From: Octopus sinensis
Lineage: Eukaryota
Reading direction: 5' to 3'
DNA length: 64,000 bases
Assembly: GCF_006345805.1 (NCBI RefSeq)
Contig: NC_043007.1
Coordinates: forward strand, 31,930,001-31,994,000
A model generated the notes under the pieces. It made no database searches, was not told the DNA's origin, and saw only the letters and a program-made list of their open reading frames with translations. How positions within the stretch are numbered: the stretch's first letter is position 1; each line of letters starts with the position of its first letter. The translations under genes were made by a program, and so were the position numbers. This document shows positions 25,104 to 38,108 of this stretch, one piece after another.

Positions 25104-26175
25104 TTAAAACAATATGGAACTGAAACTGAAATTAAGCTGTGTGATATTCAAAGAAATAGCCATTGTCTAAAGATATGTTCTCAAGAAAAGTGGAGTAAAT
25201 TAATGTTTTTGAATATTTTGAGATCATTTATAATGTAATGAATAATCATAGCAATTAAACTAATTTTGTCAGTAATCTCTATCTTGATGAGTAAGAAACA
25301 TAATCGTGGGCTAATTCTTGAGAATTGATTTCACAACTCATCTTCATTGCTGGAATCCAATATTCTACCTTTTCAAAATATTGCTTGATTTTGTTTGAAA
25401 AAAGATGGTATTAAGAAAAGATGGTATTGTCTTAATACCAAGATATGGCATCAACATAGCAGCTATGTCTGGAATTGAGAAATGTGCAACAAGATGACAA
25501 TCTATTTTGACTGCTAAAGTGAAAGATAATTCTTCAGCTGGGCACTTCTTATAAGAGACACGATGAAGATTGTTTATTTTAATGAAAAAAATTCTTACAC
25601 CAATTTGTCAACTGAATTCATGACGGAATATCAAAGTCTTACTTAATTCTTTGACATCAGACTTAGAAAAATCAAACCTTTGTGATTATCATAAAAACAG
25701 AAAGATTGAACTTACATTTAAGATGTAAAAGTTGACAAAACAATTTCAAAATATCCAAATTCTTGTGGTTTTCATTTTTAGAGTATAAAAAAAAAAAGAA
25801 AAGCCAAATTTCCTTAAATCTACAGTTGGTGGGAGATGAGTGTAGGAGAAAGAGATAATGACTCATTCTTTCCTTTTTATAGAACGAAAAAATAAAAAGA
25901 AAATATAGGAGACATTACCTTAAACATATCAAGAAGGTATTTCTTGTGCCCAACATAAACATGAATAATTTTACAACTCAAAGAAATTCTATGAAACACA
26001 AGCACTTTTCTTTAACAATGTAGTGGCTTTTCTTCTCCAGTTAACCAATACTATTTGTCTTGTCTAAGAAAAAACAGAATTTTATTGCTTTTGAAAAAAA
26101 AAAAATTTAATTATGATAAACATAATCTCAGAGAAAAAACTGGGGAATTTATTATGAGCAGAAAAGGCATGTTTG

Positions 26176-26211
<36 letters not shown>

Positions 26212-27244
26212 GAAGCACCATAAGAAATATTTCTAGAATCTAGCTAGCAAGAGAATAGATGAATCTTTTGGACATAATCATTACATTTTATGTGTTGAGG
26301 AAAATAGAAAATAAAAGCTAAATGGCTGTTAGTTTACCATTATTAACACTGGGTTTTGTACAATGAAAGTTAAAAAAAAAAACACAAAAAAAAATTTGAA
26401 AATAGAGTGGTTTATTTTAAACTTTTTTTTGTTGGTTGGTTTGTTAGAAAGTAACACTTGTTTGATTGAATGAATGGTTCATATTTAAAAAGTGGATTTT
26501 CTTCCCTTTCGAAAATCATAAATACAATAACAAATGATAGATGGCAGGGGGAGGGGCGAACAGTAAATAAAATTCTTAACATTGGAACAGACTAAATTTA
26601 TTGATGTCAAATATCGAAATGTACCATCCAAAGAAAAAAAACAAAAACTTACCAATCTGCCAGCAGAGAGATAAGTATTTCAGATGTATTTGGATGAAAG
26701 TTACATTTTTTTTGTGACCAAAATAATTTTTAAAAAAAACAAAAAACCCCAGTGAAATGTGAGAATGAACAAAAAAAAATTAATGACTGATTTTTTTTTT
26801 TTAAACTTCTAGAACCTAATATGGAAAAAAAAAATTCTTTTACAGAATTTTGCTAGAATATTGAATTTATGTTCCCTATGATGTTTGACAAACTTTTCTA
26901 AGAAACTTCTTAAAGGTTGATCAACTGAAATATATTGCATGCACACGCACACACACACGCACATAAATTAATGGCTGACAAACAAACAAGGGCCTCATAA
27001 ATGCTTTCATTTGCTTTACGACTATTTCTACTAAAAGAAGCATAGCACTTAGCTCAGAGTACATCGCTTCCTGTAGCAGAAATAGCTTTTATGCCAATGA
27101 TAGTGATTGCATAACTCCTGTTCTTTTGTCATTCATTAATTAATATTACACTCCATACTTGCCTAACTTAAAGCATAAGTATATTGAGTTCTAAGTATCA
27201 CTATATTTAGTACTAGTATATTATTAGTATCACCATACCTAAGT

Positions 27245-27279
<35 letters not shown>

Positions 27280-27282
<3 letters not shown>

Positions 27283-27645
27283 GAAGCAGGCTTGTTTCTC
27301 TGTGTGAGGTAATCATTTTTATTGCCTAGTTTCTCAACATTGTTTTGTTAGGACGGTTTCTTTTTAATTATTAATTTTAATTATTGCAATGTTCTCACCA
27401 GTCATTCGCCAATGAACAGAGACAAAACGAGAATAATCAAAACCCCCAACCAACCTAACGAAACAACATTCAGAAACTGGCCAATGAAAATGGTAACCAT
27501 GCACCAAAGAAAATACCTTATCGATTTCAGAAGCATGAAACTCAAGTTGCAAAAAAAAAAGAGCTCAGTTTAAGTAAACAATATACTCTTTACCATGTAT
27601 TGAGTACTATCTTTTAATTACAAACTATATCATTTAAATATCATA
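27280..27645. repeat. Degenerate palindromic element between (TA)n tracts
   Basis: Diverged arms at about 27296-27352 and 27453-27513; the tail is similar to that of the 9552 element. Confidence 0.55.
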
Positions 27646-28874
27646 TATATATATATATATATCTATATATATGAAATAGGGATGACTAGAAGCAAATATA
27701 TACTGAGTTAATGGTTTAATTAATACCTAAGCCGTAATCATTGATAGGAAAGCTTACACAACAGATTAAGCGTGTCATTACTGTACACATTAGGTGATGG
27801 AACAAAAAAAGAAAAACAGATTCAGAATTCTACGGTTCCTTAACTTAAATTTAAAGTTATACTAAAGCTTGTATTTTTTTTATCCCTTTCTAGCTGCTGA
27901 TGAAAAAAAGTTTTTTAAAAAACATCAATATATAGCTTATGCAGTGAGCAGAAAACTTTACACCTTATAAATTTATGAAAATGCCTCTAGAAAATATTTA
28001 TTCAGTAATAAATAATGTTCCACATTTTCACTTTGTTTTAAAAAAACAAAACAAAAGGAGTAGCATTTTCAACTAAATATTTCTATTGACAACAGTGTTT
28101 GATGAGTCCTTAAGTAGCTGTGTGATTTGCAGGGGTTTGGTTTTATCAAAAGGGTTTTGTGTTCTCAAACAAAAATGCAAAATAGGATTTTAGCAAAGGC
28201 ATCATATTGTTGGAGATAAAATTACTTCATGGTAGGACGTTTCATATGACGAATGACTTAAGATTTACGAAATTCGGCAACCAATTTAAAATGCAAAAAT
28301 GAAATGATGGAGATGGTAAAAAAAAAAAAATCAACTTTTAAAACAAAATGATAAAAAAAAAATAAAACAGCAAAAGGTAGAAATTATTCAAAATAAGTCA
28401 ATAAATATGATAAATAAATAATAAATAGACAGTTGACATGCTTTCAAGTCAGTAATGAAATGGCTGTGGAAAGACTATAAACTCAATTAGCTTCAAAAGG
28501 TTTATCAAACATGAGAGGTCTTGCAAGCTGTAAATTTGAAAATCCAATGCTTTTGGCAACAGCCATCGACAAGTCTTAATGCAGTTAAGTACAATAATTC
28601 CACGGGTTATTTGCTATTCTGCATCAGCTCTGCAACTGCAACAGTCCTATGTTACTAACAGGCTTAATCTCTTCTGTTGTGACAACAAGCCATTCTCTTC
28701 GGTACCAGCACCAAGCCATTGTGTGTTGTGGAGCGGCAAGAGGCTAGTTTGTTCTGTGCAACTTACATGACACAGGTGACAGCAGCAAATCAATGGCAGC
28801 AGCAGCAGCAGTTTAAGAAGGATCAACAAGTTGAAGAGTGTCCTTGGTCGGGGGGAGGGATAAGGGGAAGCGCT

Positions 28875-29030
28875 TCATACATAGAGGGTTCCATGATGAA
28901 TGCCATCTGAAACAATGTCCAAATCTAAATCAGTCTCATGCATGTGCATCTGATCCAATGAGGCAGTCGCCATAGCAATATCAGGCATCACTTCGCTAAG
29001 TGCATTCTCTCCACAGGTATTTGGTTCGTT
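28875..29030 (-). CDS. BTBD7: BTB/POZ domain-containing protein 7, terminal coding exon
   Basis: TTTAG| acceptor, phase 0, 52 codons: NEPNTCGENALSEVMPDIAMATASLDQMHMHETDLDLDIVSDGIHHGTLYV*. Confidence 0.8.
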   Translation of the reverse strand, partial: NEPNTCGENALSEVMPDIAMATASLDQMHMHETDLDLDIVSDGIHHGTLYV

Positions 29031-29098
29031 CTAAAGAAAAATATAAGAAAATCAGCAATGAAAATGGAGATTAAATTGAGTTGAGTGAATGTTTTAGA

Positions 29099-29820
29099 GG
29101 CATACCTACACACATGTGGCCCCATCAATTTTGTTTCCTTATAACTTCCAAAAAATGGATATTTTTTAATGAAATTTTCTATAAATACTCTTCAGATGGT
29201 GTACATTCCGATTATATTGGAATTTGTTGTGAAAGAATTTTTTCTATGGGTGGGAAGAGGAGCTTTGGAAAACTCACATGAGTTGGCTGTCTTTCCTCAT
29301 AACTTTCAGAAAAATGGGTATTTTTTAATGAAACTTTCTACAAAAACTTTTCAGAGTGTGTAAATCATGATTACATTGAAATTTGATATGAAAAGAAACC
29401 TAGTAAGCATGCACACATACATACTGACACACATCACGATTTCTTTCAAAATTTCAAGTTTCATTTGTAGATTTATGTGATGTGTGTCAGTATGTATGTA
29501 GATGAGCCCATCAAATTTTTGTTTCTCACACTAAATTCCAATATAATCTTAATCTACAGATTCTGAAAGGTATTTATAGAAAATTTCATAAAATATTGCC
29601 CGTTTTTCTCAACGTTATGAATAAACAAATCCATCTTATGTGAATTTTCCAAAACTCTTCACCCCACACTTGGAAAAACTTTTTCCCTACACATTCCAAT
29701 ATTCTCAGAATGTACACCATCTGAAATGTATTTCTAGAAACTTCCATTAAAAAAATATCCATTTTCCTGGAAGTTATGAGGCAACAAAGTCAGCAGGGAG
29801 CACACATGGGAGGCTCTGCC
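29099..29820. mobile_element. ~720-bp foldback (MITE-like) element
   Basis: Long diverged inverted arms, e.g. CAGATGGTGTACATTC / GAATGTACACCATCTG and CATACATACTGACACACATCAC / GTGATGTGTGTCAGTATGTATG. Confidence 0.7.
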
Positions 29821-29860
29821 ATTTTATCAACTAGTAAGGAAAAAGTAAAAGAAACTTTAA

Positions 29861-30690
29861 CCCTTTAGTATTTCAACTGGCCATATAAAGCGGCCCAAAT
29901 ATTCTGTTTTAGGTTCAAACTGGCCAGATCTGGCTTTTCACTCCTACCCAACAATGTCATTCTAAAAGTAAACAACCACATCACTGAGATCTTTAACCTA
30001 AGTGATGATGTATGATTAATTTATCTTTTATCTTGTTTTAGTCATTTGACTGTGGCCATGCTGGAGCACTGCCTTAGAGAATTTTAGTCAAACAAAATCA
30101 ACCCCGGGACTTATTTTTCTTTTGCAAAGCCTGATACTTAGTCTATAGGCCTCATTTGCTGAAACTGCTAACAGGGATGTAAACACACCAACACCAGTTT
30201 TGAAGTGGAGCTGGGGAACAAATACAGAAACAAAAACACACACATAAATATATATCTGTAAATGTAATATGTGACAATTATTCGGTAGCCAAGATAAAAC
30301 TCTGAGTTTCGGATGGCGAGGTGGAAATCCACACCCCCATCTCTTGGATGGCCGGATAACTGGAGAGATGGTGGTGTGGATTTCCACCTTGGCATCCGAA
30401 ACTCAGAGTTTTATCTTGGCTACCGAATAATTGTCACATATTACATTTACAGATATATATATAAATATATATATATATGCTAGCATGGAAAGTGGACGTT
30501 AAACGATGATGATGATGATGATGATATATATATATATATATATATATATACGCTATGATTTTCTTTCAGTTTCCGTCTACCCGAGGCTATAATAGAAGAC
30601 ACTCGTTCCAGGTGCCATGCAGTGGGACTGAGCCATGTAGTCAGAAGGCAAAAAATATATATTTGGCAGAGTAATCAGAATGCTAAAGGG
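29861..30690. mobile_element. piggyBac-type MITE (family 2) carrying nested insertions
   Basis: TTAA|CCCTTTAG...CTAAAGGG|TTAA, interrupted by a family A SINE at about 30021-30650. Uninterrupted relatives lie at 63186-63406 and about 21245-21447. Confidence 0.75.
30251..30458. mobile_element. Palindromic hammerhead-bearing element in the SINE's (TA)n tract
   Basis: Near-perfect arms of about 95 bp. The motif at 30355-30415 (GAUAA-CUGGAGA-stem II-GAAA-CUCAGAG-UU-UUAUC) belongs to the same family as 10106 and has an A6G core change. Confidence 0.7.
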
Positions 30691-31485
30691 TTAAAGCCAA
30701 CAAACAAAACAGAAAAGGAATAAAACTCCATAAAATGCAAAGTCAAAACATTCTATTTTGCAAAGAGAAATGCAATTCGACTACTTCAACATAAAAATCT
30801 ACAAAAAAGAAAAATTCTTTTGTAAACGTATCAAAAGAATTTAAACAGCAGTTTGTAAAAGAAAATTCTACAATTAATAAAGATGAGAATGTAAACATGT
30901 TGTAAACCTTAATGACTTCATCATTGAAGAATGTCTTCATGTAGTGTGTCAAGAACAAGGAAGTCTAGCAGAGTACTTCATTCTCCATATGAAATCATAT
31001 TGAAAGAAATGTGTTAAAACTTTGTTCATAATTAAACATTGTTTCACTTCACTTATTTTGTTTACATAAGTTAAAACTTAGATAACAATCTTGTGCATAA
31101 TTTAGAGCAGCCAGGGGCCAATTGGAGCCCACAGGACTTTCTAAATGCTCTGCCTAATGAAAACTTACTTTGAATATTTTTGGTAGTGGCAGCCGACCTG
31201 ATGGTGAGCCAAGTCACATGCAGCCTGCTGCTTGGAAAAGGCTGTCCGTGCCTGATTTTGTTCAGTAACTTATCCTCTTTTTTCCCTTCTTTTATTTATT
31301 TCAATCACTGGATTATGGCCATGCTGTGGCACCACCTTGAAAGGTTTTAGGCAAACAAACTGACCCCAGTAGGTCTGGTGCTTATTTATGTGAATCTCTA
31401 AGTTACAAAGACATTAAACAAAACAGAACTGGTTGTCAAGAGGGGCCAGGAGACAAAAACAAACACACATACATACTCACATACT

Positions 31486-31935
31486 TTTATACTCTTTTAC
31501 TTGTTTCAGTCATTTGACTGTGGCCATGCTGGAGCACTGCCTTTAGCCGAGAAAATTGGCCTCAAGGACTTATTCTTTGTAAGCTTAGTACTTATTCTAT
31601 TGGTCTTTTCTGCCGAACCGCTAAGCTACGGGAACGTAAACACACCAGCATCGGTTGTCAAGCGATGTTGGGGAGACAAGCACAGACACGCAAACATATA
31701 CACACACATACATACATACATACACACACACCTATATATACACACACGCACACCTATATATATATATACACACACACATATATACGGTGGGCTTCTTTCA
31801 GTTTCCGTTTACCAAATCCACTCACAAGGCTTTGGTCAGCCTGAGGCTATAGTAGAAGACACTTGCCCAAGGTGCCACACAGTGGGACTGAACCCAGAAC
31901 CATGTGGTTGGTAAGCAAGCTACTTACCACACAGC
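31486..31935 (-). mobile_element. tRNA-derived SINE (family A)
   Basis: Full-length copy with an internal (CA/TA)n tract. Confidence 0.8.
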
Positions 31936-32343
31936 TACTACATATACTTGAATACATAAATACTTGCATACATACACATACTTCCGCATGGTCGTCATCT
32001 ACCAAATTTATTCACAAGGTATTGGTCAGCCTAGGATTATAATAGATGACACTTGTCAAAGGTTCTGCACAGTGGGACTGAACCCAAAACCACATAGCTG
32101 CAAGGCAAGTTCCCTAACCACACAGCCATACCTGCAATCCACATTCATTACCCCTTTGGACATTCTACCACAATAGCAGCTGCTCATCTAAGCTTATTTG
32201 CCCCATCCATCTTCTACGTAAATCTATCTAATCTGGGAAGAGAATTAAAGGGATTTTCCCGAGTAATGAAGCACCTTGCCTGGAATATCAGCCTTCACAT
32301 GATTTCAGGTTGCACAACATATCTTCATTTTGTTTATCTAAAC

Positions 32344-33082
32344 CAGTGGTTCTCAACTGGGGTCCATATAAAATTTTAGGGGTCCACACAAGCAAAATAG
32401 TAAATTGGAGACCCATTGTAGTATTTTAGGGGTCCATAAAAAAAATATTGCTTTAGATGTGTTTGTGAAAACCAGCAAAGTATTTTTGTCTAATGGTTTA
32501 CATAATTCAAACTACACAAGTTGATGTGTTAAAAACAAAATAGAAATTATAAAAGAAGTATCTATAAAATTGTTTTCTACTCTAGGTACAAGGCCCAAAT
32601 TTTTGTGGGGAGTGCGGGGGGCAGTCGATTAGATTGACTCCAGTATGCAACTGGTACTTAATTTATCAACTCCAAAAAGGTTGAAAGCAAAGCTGATCTC
32701 AGCAGAATTTGAACTCAAAATGTAAAGACAGACGAAATACCTATCTCTTTACTACCCACAAGGGGTTAAACACAGAGAGGACAAACAAGGACAGACAAAC
32801 GGATTAAGTCGATTATATCGACCCCAGTGCGTAACTGGTACTTATTTAATTGACCCTGAAAGGATGAAAGGCAAAGTCGACCTCGGTGGAATTTGAACTC
32901 AAAACGTAGCGACAGATGAAATACCGCTAAGCATTTCGCCCTGTGTCCTAACGATTCTGCCAGCTCACTGCCCTGGTATCTATAAAATTCATTTTAAAAC
33001 ATTGAGAGGCTATGGGGGGGGGGGTCCACAAGAATAGAATAGTAATCAAAGGGGTCCATAGTGAAAAATGGTTGAGAACCAG
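32344..33082. mobile_element. hAT-type MITE with a nested SINE
   Basis: CAGTGGTTCTCAAC / GTTGAGAACCA TIRs with an 8-bp TSD ATCTAAAC. The nested family C SINE (32572-32975) is flanked by a 14-bp TSD GTATCTATAAAATT. Confidence 0.85.
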
Positions 33083-33474
33083 ATCTAAACCTTTTACAGG
33101 TATTTCTAAGCTTCACCAACCCAAGCTTCTCTTGTTAAACTCACAAGCTTTCAGGTTTTTCTTGGATTCATTAAGCATTTTACATTGTCACATAAATCTC
33201 GATCATTTTACTGATCACTCCTAACCCTATTTTCAACCACCTTTACAAGGGACCTTATGCAAGATTTCAATACTGTCTATTCATAAAACACACACACACA
33301 AAGACAATTTTTCACTTTGACATCTCAACAAAAAGTAGTTCCAAACATGGCGTTCCTCAACAAAAGATAGATTGGTATACAAAAGCAGTCAGAATGAAAT
33401 TTTTGAGTGGTTGCACCTCAAAACGGCTACAGAGAACATTAACCGAAAAACAATTTGAGTTTCATAGCATTTAC

Positions 33475-33923
33475 CTGCACAGGACTGTAGCACCTGGTGG
33501 GAGATGGCAGCGGGGTGGAAGGATTGTGTCGGATATCAGACTGAGTTGTACAATGAGCAACGCAATCTAGTTTAGTCACTGGTGGAGAGTTCACTTCTAC
33601 GGGGCTATAAGTTCGAGCTGGTGGTGGTACGGATGTACCTGGACTATGCTTGTGCCGGCTTGGTGAAGAAGAGGAGGAGGAAGTATTGACTTGATATTGC
33701 CGTTCAACATAAAGGGATTCTTCAGGGTAGTAATACTGGCTGTTCTGCAAGATTTCAACAGCTGAGTCAGGCAACCCAAATTCTCTCACAACCCGCAATT
33801 TTATTTGATATGTCACTGCACGTTTGTCTGTGTATGGGAGGGAATAAGCTTTTTGAATCAGCTTGGTTCTTTGTAATTCTTGCTCACGGTGAAGCATCAT
33901 GATTAACGTATTCCTATCAGGAA
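33475..33923 (-). CDS. BTBD7: BTBD7 internal exon
   Basis: TTGCAG| acceptor and CAG|GTAAAT donor; 449 nt, phase 1 to 0; VPDRNTLIMMLHREQEL..LRVVREFGLPDSAVEILQ. Confidence 0.88.
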
Positions 33924-33960
33924 CTGCAAAAGAAATTCAATTAGATATATATATATGGAA

Positions 33961-34275
33961 TAATTTCGTTTTTGGATTTGGTTTGCAAGATTCTTTATAT
34001 GAGTTTGTGTGTTGAAGCATATTATGTTGTGTCTGGGGAAAGTCATTTTCTTTTTGTGCCTTATAATGTAACACACTCACTGGTTAAATTTCCACTTATT
34101 TTCCTAAAATTTTTGTTGCATCTTGCCAACTTTACAAGACTATTGAAAAGGTTGCAAGACACAACGGAAATTTTAGGAAAATAAAAATAAGAAAAAAGTG
34201 GAAATTTTACTGGTGTGTGTGTTACATTATAAGGCACAAAAAGAAAATGACTCTCCCCAGACACAACGGAATATG
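33961..34275. mobile_element. Palindromic element (U3-A8 hammerhead-like family)
   Basis: Arms at about 34025-34125 and 34150-34272; same family as 53295-53548; decayed motif at 34140-34176. Confidence 0.7.
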
Positions 34276-34740
34276 AAATAATTACAGTATTGAAGCACTT
34301 GTTAATCAATTCTGAAGGAGAATAATTATAACGAAAATACTGGAATTTAGCATCAAACCAAATTTGGATTTTCTAAAAGGATCTTTGTTGATTTTAATGG
34401 GAAATTTAATAATTGCATTAAAAAATGTAAAAATGTAAAAATGCGATACATATTAACTTTGAAACATAATGGCTTCAAAATTTGGCATAAGGACAGCAAT
34501 TTCTTTTAGGGGCAAGGGGTAAGCCAATAACATCGACTCTTGCACTCAACTTAATTTAACGATCCCAAAAGGATGAAAGTTCCAAGCTAACTTTAGCAGA
34601 ATTTGAACTCAGAATGGAATGCAAAGAGCCAGAAGAAATGTTTGTAAGCATTTTGTTTGACACACTAACAATTCTGCCTTAACTTAGAAAACATAATAAT
34701 CATATAAATTTGCAGAGATTTTAATTATTAATTCACTTAC

Positions 34741-34921
34741 CAGGTATAGTACCAGCTATGACATCTACGGTGGAGGTTGGTGCCAAATAGGCCACTGAAG
34801 GTACAGCATACTGACGGTCTTCAACCATGTAAAGAGTATCGGGAATGGACGACATGTGTATCATACGCACATTTACCAAGTCATTTTCTTGTACTTGTCC
34901 GAGCAGCTCTTCAAGCATGCT
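34741..34921 (-). CDS. BTBD7: BTBD7 internal exon
   Basis: TTTCAG| acceptor and |GTAAGT donor; 181 nt, phase 0 to 1; SMLEELL..HMSSIPDTLYMV..VDVIAGTIP. Confidence 0.88.
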
Positions 34922-36789
34922 CTGAAAATACCAACATAATTTTAATTCAAAAGATTGTCTAAAAATTAACATTCTAGAAACAAACAGAAAAATTCAGACA
35001 TATTTTAACTGGTGTTTTTTTGTTTTTTTTTACCCCCTTCCAATAAAAAGATATTCTTCAGTGGAATGGGTTGGGCAGTTTGACAGGATCCGATGGGCCC
35101 AAGGAATGCATCATGTCCCAGTGTCTGCTTTGACATTGTTTCTAAGGCTGGATGCCCTTCCTAAAACCAACCACTTTAGGGTGTGTATTGGGTGGTTTAT
35201 TAATGCTGCTAGCAGTAGTGGGGTCACCATAACTGTGAACCCCAAGGGAGTAACTTTATGTTAGGAAATGAGAAGTAGAGAGGGGTAAAGTATGAGAGAA
35301 AAGGGCCAGAACAGAACAGGTTTCTTGCTGTGGAGAGTGAGATGACAAGTCAGAGTTGAGAAGGGAGAGAGTGGGAGTGATTAGGTGAAGATGGGAAGTG
35401 ATAAAAATAGTGGTGATAAGGTATCAGGGGGGACATCTTGCGTAAGAGGTGTGTAGGAATGGGTGAGGCAGTGGAGCCAGGAGTGAGTAGGAGAGTAGGG
35501 GATGCCTGATGGTGCCGAGCAGCAGAATAATAATGATGATATAGTAAACAGGGAGATGAGAGGGGGTGACAGGGGAAGAGAGGGTGCTAGTGAGGGAGGG
35601 GAGAGGGGCGGGGGGGGGTCTGAGAGAGAGAGAGAGAGATGACATGTTGGGTAGCTGGCAGGGGTAGATGGGAAAGAGAGAGAGGCAGATATAATGTATG
35701 AAGAAGGTAAGGTCTATGGTGTGGGGGGAAGAGATAATTCGGTGGAAGTATGGGGGAATAGAAGAGTATTAATAGATGAAGGTTGGATTAATGGCCTGTG
35801 CAAAATGCATTTTATGTTTCAACAATACTATTACATTATTACAATATTACAATTACTATTACAATATTATTATCATTATTATAAGATCTGGTTGAATATC
35901 TCTTATAGAAGTGCAGTAAAAACTGTGAAACAATCAGAATTCTTACACGAATTAAAGCAAACAAGTAATTATATAAATGCAGTTATAGTCAAAACATGAA
36001 ATACCGTATTTCATGTCATAAAAGATATACAGGCAGGTTCATCACTATCATTGTTTAACATCCAGCTTCCATGCATGTAACGTCAGCTGTAAACTTTGTC
36101 AGTAAGGCTGATATGGTTGCTATTAATAAAAACTGAATTGAAATAATCTATATATTGAAATTGTACTTGAGTGGAAATGTAACAGAAAAGAGTGTTGAAA
36201 CCTTGCATGTGATGAGGGTTTGTGAATTCAATCTCAATTGGATATCCTTATTCAATAATGAATTATATAATATAGGGTAAAGACCCCCTTCGGTCATGAA
36301 TGACCATGGGATTGCACCTAGAAAGTTCCCCTCCAAGACACAAGCCCAGGTGAGGTTATCTATGAAAGACCAGTAGTCACTCATGCATACTAGCTCCCCC
36401 TCTTCATGCCACTGATATTGTCCAAGGGAAAGGCAAAGGGGCCGATACAGCTTGGCACCAGTGACATTGCAACTCATTTCTACAGCTGAGTGAACTGGAG
36501 CAATGTGTCTTGCTCAAGATCATAACACATAGCCTAGCCTGGGCATCAAACTCACTACCTCATGATTGGGAGCCCAACATTCTAACTACTGAGCCATGTG
36601 CCAATACTAAACTATTTAAAATATATTTTTCTATTGGAAAGCAACTAAAAAAAGAGTGACGTTGTTTCTTTTTCTTCACCATATTCACCCTACAAAATTA
36701 AGCATAAAACAACTGCAAATATTTAAGTACAAAAAAACAAAGTAAATTCTTTAGTTGTGACTTAACATCATTAATAATACAAATGACTA

Positions 36790-37040
36790 AAGCTTTACGG
36801 AGATGTACTTGCATAGCAAATGACCTGACCTGAGATCGTGTGCTGGAACGAAAACAATTGCAGCATGGAAGGTGTTTATAAGCCATTTAAGAAACACACA
36901 AAAACTGTTAGATTCACTTCAACATTTAAATTTAATTTGTCAAAATATTTTCGTCGCTTTCAGACCACGACCTCTTCACTGACGAAAATATTTTGACAAA
37001 TCAAATTTAAATGTTGAAGTGAATCTAACGGTTTTTGTGA
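36790..37040. mobile_element. Palindromic element (G3-C8 hammerhead-like family)
   Basis: Arms 36901-36955 and 36981-37036. The minus strand reads GUCA-GUGAAGA-GGUCGU..GCGAC-GAAA-AUAUUU-UGAC. Confidence 0.7.
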
Positions 37041-37081
37041 CTAAAGACTAACCAGGTGAAATTATTGAAAGAGAATATTAC

Positions 37082-37389
37082 CTTTGTTTCTTCGTAATAT
37101 GGAGTAAAGAGTCGAGGCTTGACATACATCCCACTGTTCTTGGCTCTGATCCAGGCTCCAACACGGTGGTTACCGCCTTCGTCTGCAATCATGTGTGATG
37201 GAGGTGTACTCACAAGTCCTCGTTTTATTGCACTATTTAGGATTTCACTGTTGTAAGGTATCACATGATCCATTCGTATATGCGGAAGAAGTTCGGCCAA
37301 TATCTCACGGAGTTCAACATCATTCAAATCTCGCTTCCGAATACCTTTTTTGCTCACACTGTGAGCCGTATGATTGAGCAGGTTAGGTT
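37082..37389 (-). CDS. BTBD7: BTBD7 internal exon (end of BACK region)
   Basis: TTTCAG| acceptor and AAG|GTAATA donor; 308 nt, phase 1 to 0. EPNLLNHTAHSVSKKGIRKRDL..KRGLVSTPPSHM..YVKPRLFTPYYEE is a hallmark BTBD7 sequence. Confidence 0.93.
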
Positions 37390-38108
37390 CTGAAACAAGA
37401 AGTTCTACTTCAGTAGAGAGGAAATGGTAATTTAGCACAAAAAATTTGATTTACTCTTTAGATATCTTTAACATTATTCCTTGTGAAATGGTATCAAGCT
37501 AGTACTGTCTTGTAAAGTAGGACCCTGCATTTAAAGCGACCATCATTTATTTAATGTCCAAAGATATAAAGAGTTAATCCCATTAATACCAATTTCAATT
37601 TTGGCACAGGGCCGGCAATTTTAGGGGAGGGAGTAAATTGATTACATCAACCCCAGTGTTCAACTGGTACTTATTTTGTCCCCCCAAAAGGATAAAAAGC
37701 AAAGTCAACCTCGGCAGAATTTGAACTGAGAACATGAAGACGGACAAAATGCTAAGCGTTTTGCCCAGTGTGCTAATGGTTCTGCCACCTTCAGGCGATA
37801 ATATTAGATCCAATGAAGTTCAGTTCCAACTTGCTGTGGAATCTTATTTTTGCTTTTCATACTTTTTGGCAAAATAGGTCAATAGTGCAGAGAAATACAA
37901 AAAGTACTGAATATTGTTTACGACTTAATACAGAACATACAATAGGAGACATTCAGAAGGATGGTGAAGAACTGTCTCTCTGCTCAGTGCCGATAACAAA
38001 CTAGATGGTAAGTCAGAAAAGATTAAACGTATTAGAAACAAATGTTTACTGGAAAGAAACCATGTATCACATAAACCAAAAGGTGAGAGTGGCAAGAAGC
38101 ATAACCTA

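Noticed and set aside
28647-28910. Poly-Q/poly-L ORFs near the BTBD7 stop codon
   Set aside because: A short CAG/CTG repeat in the proximal 3'UTR; the ORFs lack splice or homology support.
33439-33474. ORF-track stop at 33439 as the BTBD7 C-terminus
   Set aside because: A good donor at 33474 splices in frame to a plausible terminal exon at 29030; read-through into the intron is possible but unsupported.
35270-35760. Purine/G-rich tracts (also 59430-59810 and a G run near 51083) as functional G-quadruplexes
   Set aside because: They are low-complexity segments attached to repeat copies, with no independent support for function.
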